A stretch of DNA of 64,000 bases from Octopus vulgaris (Eukaryota), in the NCBI GenBank assembly GCA_951406725.2, contig OX597815.1, positions 148,862,001-148,926,000 of the forward strand, written 5' to 3'. A program made the position numbers and the translations under genes. Positions 13,510 through 26,670 of the stretch are shown here, piece after piece (position 1 is the stretch's first letter; each line of letters opens with the position of its first letter). The notes beneath the pieces were generated by a model, which worked only from the letters and a program-made list of their open reading frames with translations, was not told the origin of the DNA and did not search any database.

Positions 13510-14914
13510 CCACAGCACACGCAGAGATATACACACACACACATACATGATGCGTGTGTGCGTTGTTTATAGAAAGTCAGAGTAACAGAGAACAAGATAC
13601 ATATTTGACTATTTGTTATTACATTTTTTGAGTCACTTCAACATGTTTCACCAATAGGTTTGTGTTTGTGGCTGACACATTCTTTGAAGTTAATAATGCC
13701 GTATGCTTCATTGCAGAATAAGCATCGCTTCTTTATTATTGCATTGGTTAAATATTAAATTCCTAAAGTCGTGTTTAATGTATCGGTTTACGTTTATCGT
13801 TTTCATTAATGGAAATCAAAAACATGGATTAAAATATTTTTCTCTGATGTTATCCATAAATTATTTGAAAAATTCCATTTCTCATTTCAATTCATGTTAA
13901 AAAAATAATGTTTCGTGACTCCAGTATGCGATTCAGTACTCAAATACGGTTATCAGTGCGTTTAATTAAATTTTACACTATGTTCGTCTATGTTGGATAC
14001 TTGTACACACATTGTTTATCTAAAAGTATATCACCTGTCAGAAAATATGAATTATAAACCGGTCTTCAGAGAACACGGTACAAATTGAAAGGTATTATGC
14101 GATTCGGTTTGAATTACCAGTCATCAATATTTAACATATAAAAGAATTTTTTGTGTCTTCGTTTTTGTCGCTACGACATAAAGATTTTCCGATAAAACAT
14201 GCTAGGAATTTCGATACGAAAAATATAAAAACAGACTGGATTATTGAAGCCAAAGTAAATTTCCTAATCTATCTTATACGATATATAGCCGAAGTGTGCT
14301 TTAAAGTTGCGGATGAAAATAATATGTAATATTAAAATATTTCCTAAGATTATGTAAGAAACACTATTAAGAATAAAGCAACATTAATGATAATTAATAG
14401 TATCCAACCAAAAATATAAGAATGAAGCAGGTAATATAAGAAGTAAGAAGGTAATACAGAAAAGTATAGCAGATATTGCAAATAACTGGAGATATGTAAC
14501 ACGCCTAGTTTATTCTATGCAATACAGACAACTTAAAATCTCTTGAGATGATTACAAAATTATGAGGATATGATGATATCAAAATAATTGGTGAATTGAT
14601 TGCTAGAATGGTAATATATAATAACCAAAATATGTAATTAGAATATAACTTACTGATTCACAATAGTATAAACGAAGAAATATTCGTGCTACTTATAAGA
14701 AAGCAAACTGACTTAAATCCAGAGAGAAGCATGTTTCATAGGTTTTCAAAATCAAATTAATTTTAACGCAACCAAAAGAAGGGAAGAAAGGTATATTTGT
14801 ACGTAAGCACTCATGATGGAGCAACTGTAAAAAATATTGTGGTGTCCCTGATGAGAAGAATAAATTTTTGCAACTTTCATAGTTTCTACATGTATTTACA
14901 CACACACACAAACG

Positions 14915-15321
14915 CACTCTTTTACTCTCTTACTTGTTTCAGTCATTTGACTGTGGCCATGCTGGAGCACTGCCTTTAATCGAGCAACTCGACCCCGGGA
15001 CTTATTCTTTGTAAGCCCAGGACTTATTCTATCGGTCTCTCTTGCCGAACCGCTAATTGACGGGGACATAAGCACACCAGCATCGGTTGTCAAGCAATGC
15101 TTGGAGGAAAAACACAGACACACAAACATACAGGCACACCTATATATATATACATATATACATATATACGGGCTTCTTTCAGTTTCCGTCAACCAAATCC
15201 ACTCACAAAGTTTTGGTCGGCCCGAGGCTATAGTAGAAGGCACTTGCCCAAGGTGCCATGCAGTGGGACTGAACCCGGATTTATGTGGTTGGTAAACAAA
15301 CTACTTACCACACAGCCACTC
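14915..15321 (-). mobile_element. SINE family B, near full length
   Basis: High similarity to the reverse complement of 21853-22270. Confidence 0.9.
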
Positions 15322-15324
15322 TTA

Positions 15325-15439
<115 letters not shown>

Positions 15440-15589
15440 GTCTTTGTCTATTAAGCCAACTGCATGATATTACAAGTCAGTGGACAAATGAATGAAAAGT
15501 ACTCAATCAATTTATTGCGAGTTACAAGTGTGGATCAAAGTAATTTGATTCAAATTCGTCGTTACACTTCTGCTGTAAGCGTAATGCCA

Positions 15590-15657
15590 GTCGTCAGCCA
15601 TTTTGAAGTTCAAGTCCAAAATGGCTGACGACATTTAAGCTCAACATTTAAGCTCAA
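15590..15657. repeat. 16-bp perfect inverted repeat followed by a 13-bp tandem duplication
   Basis: gtcgtcagccattttg (15590-15605) pairs with caaaatggctgacgac (15617-15632). Then catttaagctcaa x2. Confidence 0.85.
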
Positions 15658-15756
15658 TAGTACTAACGAATTTGAATCAAAATGATTTGCTCCACACACT
15701 CACACACATACACACGCACACGCACACACACAAACATATATATATATGTTTGTATG

Positions 15757-15791
<35 letters not shown>

Positions 15792-15825
15792 ATGCAAATA
15801 GGTGTATATGTATTATGTGTATGTA

Positions 15826-15859
<34 letters not shown>

Positions 15860-15862
<3 letters not shown>

Positions 15863-16003
15863 GTACATCACACCAAGCAGTCTAAGCACACACATATATG
15901 TATATATATGTGTGTGTGTATAAGTATATATATATATATATATATATATTTGTGTGTGTGTGTGTGTGTGTGTGTATTTAGACTGCTAGGTGTGATGTAC
16001 AGA
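15860..16003. repeat. 26-bp inverted duplication flanking microsatellite
   Basis: tctgtacatcacaccaagcagtctaa (15860-15885) vs the reverse complement of 15978-16003, one mismatch. Confidence 0.85.
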
Positions 16004-16285
16004 AATTTAATTTTGAGAAAAAAGTCGTCAGAATATTTTTAAAAATTCTTCTTATTTCTTCATTACTATTAGCAATTTCGTTCCTTTCTCGAACTTGTCA
16101 AATACAATTTTGTGAATGTACAAACATCTTGTTCAGTTATTTAAAACAAATGTTTGGGGCTATTTTGTTTAGAGGAGAATATTGTTTATGTTTGTTTTTT
16201 TGTTTTTTTTGTGTGAGCTTCCATGACAATGGAGATGTATAGATAGAAATATAGGTAGGTAGATAAGCTGATAAAGAGATAGATG

Positions 16286-16348
<63 letters not shown>

Positions 16349-16989
16349 TGATAGACGGATAGATAGATAGTAAGACAGAGAGACAGATAGAAGAATGAGA
16401 GAGAGAAGGGGTGCCTCCATTCCTATTCCCCATTTATTTAGTTATTTATTTAGTCCTTTACCATTGTATTCACCATATATTTAGCTATTTATTTAGTTAT
16501 TTACCATTGTATTGGAATGGATTTAAAAAAAGCAGGTGCAGTTTGGTCATCACAGAAATTCATTTTGCATTCTTTCTCTTTTCTCCTATCTTTCCTTCTC
16601 TTTCCCTCTTTCTTTCTTTTTCTCCTCTTTGAGTTATATTTAGAATAGAAAAAGTACTTACCCGTTCCAAACCTTCATTCTTGGAGGGAAATTTTTGATG
16701 AAATATTGTTCTGCATCTACAAACATTATCATATTTGCAAATAAACAATTTGAAAAATTAATTAATAAATAAAATAAAATGAAAATATAAATATATTCAT
16801 AAATAACACTGTATAGGCTCTATACTTGGAATGATCCATTTTAAATACCATTGGATTGTATTCATAAGGTACTGGAATCTTAGATGTATACCATTTTGCT
16901 TAAATAATTGATCTACAAATGCAATATCCCTTCATATCTCACATCTATTTTCATTCCTCCACCTCGCTTTCTACGTAGTATCTTATCTA

Positions 16990-17200
16990 AATTAACTATT
17001 GCTTAACTATCTTCTCACATGTATCAGATGAAGGGATCTAATAAATATCCTATAAACATATGTAAGACCTTCTATTTATAAATGTTGTAAGATCTAAACA
17101 GCCTTGGTTTTCTTATCTCATTACGGAATATACAATACTATATTTGTTCCACGTCCTCGCGTTGTTGTGTTTTTTTGTGCTTTCTCGTTTGGATTAACTA
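16990..17200 (+). mobile_element. Penelope pLTR-like short element with decayed hammerhead
   Basis: gtat-CAGATGA-A-GGGAT...ATCCT-ATAAAC-ATAT-GTA-agac at 17021-17068. 3' end ggattaactatata resembles gattaatatata after the 3375 ribozyme. Confidence 0.5.
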
Positions 17201-17215
17201 TATATACATACATAC

Positions 17216-17253
<38 letters not shown>

Positions 17254-17254
17254 T

Positions 17255-17884
17255 ATATCAAATCCGTTCTGTTTTTCTATGTGTGTGTCTCTTCTAGGAT
17301 CTCAGACATCTTCCATCCGATTGCTCTCAAATGTGATATGTAAATACCGACAGTATCAGGGCGTGTATAAGTCTTGAACAAATTACAAAAACTCGATTCC
17401 AGCTTAGAATGCGATCGATAAAGCCGTGGGAATAGGCAGTTGTACGCGAAAGTACATCAGGTTTTGCGATCGATACTACGCGGACGCGAGAATATTGCAC
17501 GTGCAGTTTGCGCAAAAAAATTCGGCTGACTTTAAATAATGCTACAAAATGCAGTATATTTAAGAGACTAAAAAAGTTTCAAACGTTTCTCTCCTGCCAA
17601 GCTTACTGTTTAAACAATGGTTGTGTTCTCCCAGTCAACAGCCTTATCATTACTGGTAATTTAAACACTTCGGTTGCATATCTGTGTGAGTACAATCGTT
17701 TTTCTTTGGAATAGAGAAAAGTCCATCTGTAATTCTTCTTTTGCTGGTGTCTCAAATTTAGGTTAAATGAGTGTTTCACAAAGGTTAGGCCTATGGGACT
17801 GTCAGACATGTTGCTTTGACAAAATTTGTTTTAAATGTTTGACAACACAGCACTGTCCATTGGACAGGGAGGCCGTTTTGCTCG

Positions 17885-17885
<1 letters not shown>
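17255..17885 (+). mobile_element. Probable non-autonomous Helitron-like element
   Basis: 3' hairpin ctgtcc-att-ggacag shortly before a ctcg|t terminus. 5' region has a ccgattgctctcaaatgtgatatgta motif resembling those of Helitron/Helentron-derived elements. Confidence 0.45.
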
Positions 17886-17982
<97 letters not shown>

Positions 17983-17994
17983 TGTGTGTATAGA

Positions 17995-18125
17995 GAGAGT
18001 GAATTTAAAAAAAACAAGAACGAAAATGGGTGTGTAAACAACAAACAGATGTATCAGTTTAACGGTCGGGAAGTGAGAAAGTCTTTTACGGTACGAGCCT
18101 ACGTTCTTCGACAGAAAGGAACACA
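17995..18125 (-). mobile_element. Family H2 pLTR-like unit with variant hammerhead core
   Basis: Minus strand of 18083-18119 reads CCTTT-CTGTCGA-A-GAAC-GTAG-GCTC-GTACC-GTA-AAAG. Confidence 0.55.
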
Positions 18126-18236
18126 AAAATCAACAGGGAGAAAAAATAGAAAAACGTTTAGTGGCTAGAGATCCATCATATATATATATATATATCAAGA
18201 ACAATCTTACTTAGAAAGGGATGCGTGCGTTCCGTC

Positions 18237-18268
<32 letters not shown>

Positions 18269-18274
18269 AATGCT

Positions 18275-19636
18275 AGGACATCCCAAATGTCAAATAGGAA
18301 CCTCTCAACAACAATGACATAAACCTCCTATTAAAAGGTTTCAAATTTACACCGACGCCCACCCCTAATCTCAATGAACGGAAATCTGATATTGAACACT
18401 TCAACTGCTACGTTCGACTTATAGAATTCTTCAGCAATAAAGATTTAATGACGAATCAATGAGCAGTAATAAATCCCACTTCACCCCCTAAAAGGGAAAG
18501 GACGAATATTTAAACGAGTATATAAACACAATTTCAAAATCCCCCTCCAAAACCAACAGATGCAAGCAAAACATTCGTGAAAAAATGGAAACCTTACAAA
18601 CACTGAAGAATGACAACTCAATCGTCCTAAAAGAATGCGATAAGGGAGGGGCGATAGTAATCACTGACAAGGACTTTTATAAAGATAAAATATTGGAATT
18701 GTTAACAAAACAAACCTACTACAAGGAAGAACCAAGACACTCAGAAAAAACAATAATGAATAAAATCAGAAGACTAATCAATGTATTCCAAGATTCCTTC
18801 ACAGACAAGGAGACAAAATATATATGCAACTCTGTAATCAAAGAGAGCAATTTGTATGGATTACCCAAAATCCACAAAAGCTTCGAAATACAAACTGCCA
18901 TAAATAAGCAGAAGAACCAGTACTTAAAAATACTAAGGCCTGCTGACTTCAAACTAAGACCAATAGTTCCTGGTCCTCAAGCACCAGCACAACAACTACG
19001 TCATTTTTTAGATATACTCCTAAAACCTTTGTACCACTTAATATCCAGTTATGTACGGGATGGCATAGATTTCATCCAACACATCCTTCCCACTGTCTCA
19101 GAAGGTACTATACTCACAATTTTGATGTCATTAATCTCTATACTAATATAATTCACACTTTAGGCCTAGAAGTAATTAAACACTGGGTAGATAAACATAG
19201 AAAATGGATAAATGAATACTTCAAGGCTGACTTCATCACCAAGACAATACTCCTAGTACTAGAGGAAAATACCTTTAAATCCGACAATAAAACATATCGA
19301 CATTTAAAGGGCACGGCTAAGGGTACGTGGTTTGCGCCCTCATAATCAAACCTAATTATCGGATATTGGAAGAAATACTTTCTGAAGAACAATAAAACTT
19401 TTGATCAGGAGTTCAAGAAATATATCATTAAAAAGTGGAAACGCTTCCATCGTACAAGGATCCATATGCAACGTATCCGCCAAGGGGAATTACGCAAGAT
19501 TCCATTAAGTAAGACCCTGGAAATATGCAGCGACAGAAAATTCAAATTTGTCCCTTTTACAAATGTGCAAGTGACGATCCGAAAAGCAATGGAACTACAT
19601 TTCATCAACAACTTCTCTCCAAAATTGAATTTTTGA
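18275..19636 (+). mobile_element. Penelope-like retroelement (RT + GIY-YIG), frameshifted and internally deleted
   Basis: Motifs in order: LLLKGFKFTPTP, DKGGAIVITDK..Y, LYGLPKIHKS, KLRPIV, FDVINLYTNI, KGTAKGTWFAPS*, KWKRF. These run directly into the GIY-YIG C-terminus RTRIH...RKAMELHFINNFSPKLNF*. Confidence 0.9.
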
Positions 19637-20979
19637 AAGAAAGCAGAGACAGTACTTTTTGTGTTATACTAATGCTCTCTAACGCAAAATCATGAAAGTA
19701 ACATGGGCATGTCCCACCCACATACACAAACAGGAACACATGAGCACACACATATACTTATCAAGGGATTCTTCCCAAAACTGAATGTTTTAAGTTAAAG
19801 AGGAGAATTTGAATTCTTTATTATAAAATGTGGCTCCTCTCTGTATACATGTGTAGCATTGAGATGTTCTAGATTATGTTTATATATATATGTATGTACA
19901 CACAAACATATATTTCTCTTTGTGGAAAAATGTTATGAACATTGAGGCTATAAATATATCTGCCTTTGTGGAAAATAAACGTCACTCTATATTTTAATCA
20001 GTCCCGTGAACTCTTCATCCGTATGCTCATATATCGAAGATGGATGTTATATTTTCTTTAATAAATACTGTATTTCGTTTTTGAAAAGAACTCCAGTGGT
20101 TATTATACCCCTGTGTAGAGTTTGTTAATTGTTACATTTCTAATCAAAACTCTATTCAAATTTTTTTTGCCTTACGTATTTTACAATTATTGTATGCTAA
20201 TTATGTTTGTTTCCACAGGCTTCTCAAAGACAAATTGCTTTCGTGAAAACCTGATCATTACCAATTCAGACACTCTGTGTGTATTTACACGCAACAAAAT
20301 GTCACCTTCGAATGAGCAAGAGTAAAAGCGTTTACCTTGTATTGAGACGAACGAAATTCCTTTAAAGGACTGCTTTCGAAGAGAATGTGTCTACTTTATT
20401 CGCACAAATATGCCTTCAGTAACAATCCTGACATTCTTATAAGGTATTCTGTAAAATTGCTTTGAGAGAGAAAATAAAGCAAGAAGTGAATGCAATTATT
20501 TCTTCAAAGAAAGGGAAGAATCGAAAAATGTTTCGTTAGTTGGTATAGCCCGCGCTAAAATCTCCATATTAATATACGCTAATAGGGAATATATTATATA
20601 TGTACATAGTTATTTGTTACACTAACACGACAACTTCGAAATGTTAGATAGAAACAACTTAATTTATCGCTTTAAATTTACACAGCAGGACACTTCGTCA
20701 AATGTACTCAATATAAGATTGCAATATTTAACGAAATATATTGTCTTTATAAAAGCTAGGGACACATGTGATGGTGATTCTATTAACAAAGGCATACTTT
20801 CTCTCGAAATAATTAAAACTCACTTCTTAGCCTAGTAATTGCCTTGATTCCTGTTCGTCATCATTTGCACACTTTACTTCAAAACTATTTTTAAGGAACC
20901 TATAATATCTTTGTGCTCTGTTTGACACAAAATTACAAATTCTAAGATATAATAATAGACCTACATCAGACAAATAATG

Positions 20980-21028
<49 letters not shown>

Positions 21029-21852
21029 TGTATTCGTTATTGTAATAACATATCGTCAATAAAATCGCACAACTATCAGTAGTAGAAATAATTATACTCC
21101 GGGAAATATATAAAAACAATTTACTTGCGTTTCGTTTTATAACAAGTTTTTAAAATCATTTATGGTGCCTGAAACCGTATCAATACAAGGTTTTAATAGT
21201 ACAGACACTGATCAATTAATGATAGAAATGCTTTTAATTTGTACGAGTCAGAATATTATTCCTTGATTGTATGAATTGCCTTCAAATTATTATTGATTAC
21301 ACTTTTCTCAGGGTTTTTATCAGCTGTTCTACCTTCATTGAATCTTAGCTGCAAATTTCCATATAATATTTCATATTTACTCTTTCAAACAACTTCTAAT
21401 TTATAGCATACTAAATAAAAGCAATTTTACGCAGTCAATATAGTGTAGTCGCTATGTGCCACAGATTTGAAAACTTGTGTTCCACCATATTAGGCTGGTA
21501 CGCTTTTGTAAATTTGCTGCAAGATTATTTCCTTTGCTGAAATGCAAATATTAGAAAATAAGTAATTAAATAATATAGGTTAAGGCATATACAAAGACGC
21601 ATAAACATAAGCACACGACCACATGTGTATAAGCATATACACTTACGAACGCACACACGTAAAAACAAATACATGTGCACCTATGTATAAGCGCTGACAG
21701 GCTGTCCAGAGAAACCTATTATAATAGTTAGGATATGTTCGCAAGTAGATATAATGTTGAAACAAAAATATCATGACCAAAAATGTCTATGCTTAAAGGA
21801 AACACCGAAGCAGTGTCCGGAATAAAAAAAAAATTGCTATCAATGCACACTA

Positions 21853-22270
21853 GGCGCAGGAGTGTCTGTGTGGTTAGTAGCTTGCTTACCAACCACATTG
21901 TTCCGGGTTCAGTCCCACTGCGTGGCATCTTGGGCAAGTGTCTTCTTCTATAGCCTCGGGCCGATTAAAGCCTTGTGAGTGGATTTGGTAGACGGAAACT
22001 GAAAGCCCGTCGTATATATGTATGAATATATATATATATATGTGTGTGTGTATGTTTGTGTGTCTGTGTTTGTCCCCCTAGCATTCGTTGACAACCGATG
22101 CTGGTGTGTTTATGTCCCCATCACTTAGCGGTTCGGCAGCAGAGACCGATAGAACAAGTACTGGGCTTACAAAGAATAAGTCCTGGGGTCGATTTGCTCG
22201 ACTAAAGGCGGTGATCCAGCATGGCCGCAGTCAGATGACTGAAACAAGTAAAAGAGTAAAAGAGTAGAGT
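21853..22270 (+). mobile_element. SINE family B, full length
   Basis: ggcgcaggagtgtctgtgtggttagtagcttgc head, ccgggttcagtccc B-box-like motif, internal TA/TG repeat, cagcatggccgcagtcagatgactgaaac tail and (gtaaaaga)n end. Confidence 0.9.
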
Positions 22271-23959
22271 AATGATTGATACTAGTGCAAACAGATGAAA
22301 TTCAGTAACATCCCGTGTCCACACTGTGTGAGTTTCTTGTTCATTACATCAATAAGTTATTGTTCAATCACAATCCCATATTAAACTGGCATCGCTCCCA
22401 TACATTGTATGGACATTCGGCTGAATATTACACATTTCATAGATTCCTTTCGAAGTAGAGTATTCAAGTGAATCTTTGAATTACAAAATTATAGCTGCAT
22501 CAATTATATAGTGAAAGCGTAGGAATATGGTAATCACTTTGCTCTTATAATTATATTTTAGACTCAATGAGTATTCAAAAACAGGTTCATCTAATAATTT
22601 ATGCTATAGTCCACATTCACAATCACATAGGCATTACGATTTTAAAAAATATCATTAAATGGTAATTGCCTTGGATTTCTGACATACATCCATCTCCAAG
22701 TTTTAAATTGCCTAACCATACACTGAAGGTAAAATAATTTATTTTGAATCGCTATTGCAAATTGAAACTATGGCATCATAACCTACAATATCCGAACCCG
22801 TTTATGCTACAATGAAATGAGTTTCTTGTAACGTAAATAATAAAAAACAAACATATGTTGTAATATATAATACAAAAAAAAATATCAACTGTGAATACGT
22901 ATAAATAAACGTTTACTTGAAAATAAAATAAATAAGACTGCAGTTTAAAAAAAAAATATTGCATGAAATGTTGAATTAACTGTAAAGTGTTGCATTCAAT
23001 TTGAATCGAAGAGTTTTATTGGAGAAGTCATTTACTTCCAAATTACTCTAATGGAATTTTCCCTCCTATTCAGCGTATTTACAATCTTTAATTTTGTGTC
23101 ATGATTTCATCATTGGATGACTGAGAAAATAACATAAAATATTATTAAATGATGTGAAAAAAAACAATCAAAAATGTCATTACTGATTTTTTGTTATCTT
23201 AAATGTGTGCTTTTTTTTTTTTTAAATGTTTATTTTTTCTTATATCTTTTGGCCCGGACTATATGTTTTATTACTTTCTCTGATTTCAGCATACTATTCG
23301 CTCCGAATGCTCCAGAAAGTTAATTGCCACAACTATAACATAAAACGGAGAGAAAATAAACAGAAAGACACGAGGGAATAAAATACAAGTAGAAGACGAG
23401 GGAATAAAATACAAGTAGAATATCTTCATATTTATTGAAAAAAGGATTGGCGTGCGTGTTGTGATATTTAGCAAATATTTACAAATCACCCAATTTTATG
23501 AGGAAAAATATTTACAACAACCACATAATAATACCAATAGCATCAGTATGAAAACCTAAATCACTTAAGACATGTAAATGAAGTTCATGTTGACAAACGA
23601 AAACCCAAATGGAAATCTTGAAAGAAAATCTCGATTATTTAATTTCTAAATTTATTTTTAAAATTCAGAATTGAGTATATTTTGATTTCTACTTTGTTTG
23701 GTTCCCTAGGAAGTTTGTTTTTATGTGGCGAAAGCTATTTTTCGGAATAATCTACTCCTCTATATAAGTTTGAGTAAGCATGCAAACACATAAACACAGG
23801 TACTCACATATACACATACATGTGTACACACTCACATATAGATGCATACATAAATTCATATATACATGTAATCACAAACACGCATATATACACTATTTTA
23901 CGCCTACACACACACACACGCATATACGAAAACTATCATTTATATGATTGATTGATTGA

Positions 23960-24283
23960 TTGATTCTAGTTTCAGCTCATGAGCTGTGGCCATGCTGGGG
24001 CACCGCCATTTGGTGTTGCTACATGGTTTTACTTAACGAAAGCTTTTTAGCAACTGCTATTTGGTGCATGAGAGAGTTCGATGCAGCTGCCCTCATCTGC
24101 ACCTCCTGCCGTGAAGTTGGTTCATCTGGGATACCTGACAGGAAGAGATCCAGTTTCATTTTAAAGACATCTGCATCAACCCCATGCAGGTCTCTTAGGT
24201 TCTTCGGGAGGATATTGAAGAGCTGTGGGCCTCGGAAGCCCAGGCTATCACAGTATCCTGTCCTACATCTTGATGGCAAATGA
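23960..24283 (-). mobile_element. CR1-like LINE 3' end
   Basis: PSRCRTGYCDSLGFRGPQLFNILPKNLRDLHGVDADVFKMKLDLFLSGIPDEPTSRQEVQMRAAASNSLMHQ, 3'UTR and (AATC)n tail. Confidence 0.8.
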
Positions 24284-24288
24284 GGGTT

Positions 24289-24417
24289 CCTTCCTGTAGA
24301 AGAGCGTAGGCTCGAAACGTAAAAAACTTTTTTCCATTCCTGAGCGTTATACTAATACATCAGTTTGTTTTCTACACCACCTGTCTTCGTCTTTTGTTTT
24401 TTCCGTAAACTCTCTCG

Positions 24418-24420
<3 letters not shown>
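24289..24420 (+). mobile_element. Family H2 pLTR-like unit with variant hammerhead core
   Basis: CTGTAGA-A-GAGC-GTAG-GCTC-GAAAC-GTA-AAAA at 24294-24325. Ends in (TA)n. Confidence 0.6.
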
Positions 24421-24468
<48 letters not shown>

Positions 24469-24499
24469 TGCATGCATGTATGTATGTATGTATGTTTGT

Positions 24500-24735
24500 G
24501 CATGTATGCTTGTCTGTCTGTGTTTGTTCCCACCAACATCGCTTGACAATCGATGCTGGTGTGTTTGCGTCCCCGAAACCTAGCGATTCAACAGAGAGTA
24601 AACTGATAGAATTAGTACTAGGCTTACAAAAATAAGACCTAGAAGTTATTCGCTCGACTAAAAGAAGGTGCTCCATCATGGTCGCAGTCAAATGACTGAA
24701 ACAGATCAAAGAATAAAAGCAAAAAAGAATATAAA
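24500..24735 (+). mobile_element. SINE family B, 3' half
   Basis: cgcttgacaatcgatgctggtgtgttt...cagtcaaatgactgaaac. Confidence 0.8.
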
Positions 24736-24903
24736 AAAAAATAAAGCTCATGCAAATAAATAATCATACTATTTTATGATTTATTATCGAAATATATTTG
24801 GCTAAAAAGAGAAGTTTGCAGTTTATTGTAAAATAGAAAATTGATACGAAATTTTCGGTACGTGCCAATTGTGTTTGCATCATCGGATATGATATTGCTT
24901 GTT

Positions 24904-25082
24904 ATTTACATTATTTACATTTGACTAATAGTTGTTCTCATTTTGTTTGTTGTTAACTCAACATTTCGGCTGATATACCCTACAGCCTTCATCAGGTGTC
25001 GTGTGGAAATTTAGAACCTGAATTTTCATTCCTAACGTATTTTTCGATGTTATTATTATTATTATTGGTGTTGTTGTTGTTG

Positions 25083-25148
<66 letters not shown>

Positions 25149-25207
25149 TTATTGGTGTTGTTGTTGTTATTATTATTATTATTTTTATTATTATTATTAT
25201 CATTATA

Positions 25208-25280
<73 letters not shown>

Positions 25281-25346
25281 TGACGGCCTGGAATCGAACT
25301 CGGAATCTTGGGTTTAGTCGCCCGCGCTATTAACCACTACGCCATA
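24904..25346 (-). mobile_element. tRNA-derived SINE with expanded (AAT)n and hammerhead-like tail (family C)
   Basis: Minus strand: A box TGGCGTAGTGG, B box GAGTTCGATTCC, ~230 bp (AAT)n, then GACAC-CTGATGA-A-GGCTG...CAGCC-GAAAT-GTT-GAGTT. A partial head of the same family is at 8578-8635 (+). Confidence 0.8.
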
Positions 25347-25434
25347 TAGAACTGTATGATATTGTTTTTCCACATGAACCAAACATTAACGGAGAACTTT
25401 CGAATCCTCAGATAACATTATTTTACTGCAATAT

Positions 25435-25785
25435 GAGTGTGGGGATGTGTGCGTGTGTGTGGGTTGAATGTGTGTGAGCGTGTGTGTGTGAGTGTGGGAG
25501 TGTGTGTGAGAGTGTATGTGTTTGCACGAGTAGGTGTGAGGGAGTGTGGGGGTGGGAGTATGTGAGTGTGTGTAGGGTGAGGGTGCGTGTGAATATGTGT
25601 GTGGCTGGGTGAGTGTGTGTGTGAGTGTGTATGAGTGTATGAGCGTGTGTGTGTGCGAAGGTGTATGTGAGTGTGAGTGTGTGTGTCTGTGTGAGTTTGA
25701 GTATGAGTGTGTGTGAGTGAGTGTGTGTGTGTGTGTGTTTGTGAGTGAGTGTGGATGTATATGTGAGTGTTTGTGTGGATGTATA
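25435..25785. repeat. Degenerate (GT/GAGT)n simple repeat
   Basis: Low-complexity GT-rich tract. Confidence 0.9.
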
Positions 25786-26103
25786 CATATTACTACATCG
25801 TTTGACGGCCATGCTCTAGTTCTATCAACGAAACCTGCTCTTTGAAAACGTGAGCTAGGAGGTGATTATTAAATGGGGATGTGTATTTTCAACTAAATAC
25901 TCAGTCATTCTCAGTGTGACAAGGTAGTACGGATTTCTTGCAGATAAATCCATCCCCGAGCCTTTTACACAGTTTCTATCAATTTCATGTCACAATATTT
26001 TAGTTCACTTGAGATTCTAGGCAAAACTATTGCACTCAGGACCTGCTGATAGCACATATTTCAAATGTTCAATCATTGTGCAACAATATACTGCAGATAC
26101 CTT

Positions 26104-26399
26104 CAGTGGTTTATTGGTAAGTTTACAAGCTTGCTTGATGGCAAGTGGACCCCTGCACCATTAGAATACATATGTATGGGGGCCTATGTTAGTCTCTGAG
26201 GGGCTCGTATTCTCCATTTTGTGAATTGTTATTCACTCCTGGAAGAACGCATTAAATATTTCAGCTTCGCTGTGTTTGTAGACAGTGGAAAAGAATACTT
26301 TTAACAGAATAAATAAATGAATAAATGATAGTATTTTAGTGGCGGGTGGGCCACCTTAGTCTCATGGCAACCACTATTTTTAAACCCAGTTCGGCACTG
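26104..26399. mobile_element. Possible old hAT-type MITE
   Basis: cagtg...cactg termini with imperfect 8-bp flanking duplication gatacctt/gatacagt. TIR match is weak. Confidence 0.3.
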
Positions 26400-26624
26400 G
26401 ATACAGTCATACTCATATATGCCTATATATTTACCTCGATATTTCATATAATACAAATGCATTTCGAAATAACCTGAAAAATCATTTGTAAAGCACAATG
26501 CTTTAAAGATGTTTAATTCACGACTATTATATACTTGTGGTGTCATACACTGCTTTTTTCTTTTCCTATTTCTTTTTGTTCTATTTAAAAAACCTTGTTG
26601 AAATGTTATCCTCTCTTTCTACTG

Positions 26625-26670
<46 letters not shown>

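Noticed and set aside
20219-20322. Isolated + strand exon candidate after tgctaattatgtttgtttccacag
   Set aside because: Good acceptor but weak donor, no recognisable peptide and no partner exons.
25275-25346. tRNA gene
   Set aside because: A/B boxes are present, but it continues into a SINE body and has a second partial copy at ~8580. No convincing complete cloverleaf or terminator.
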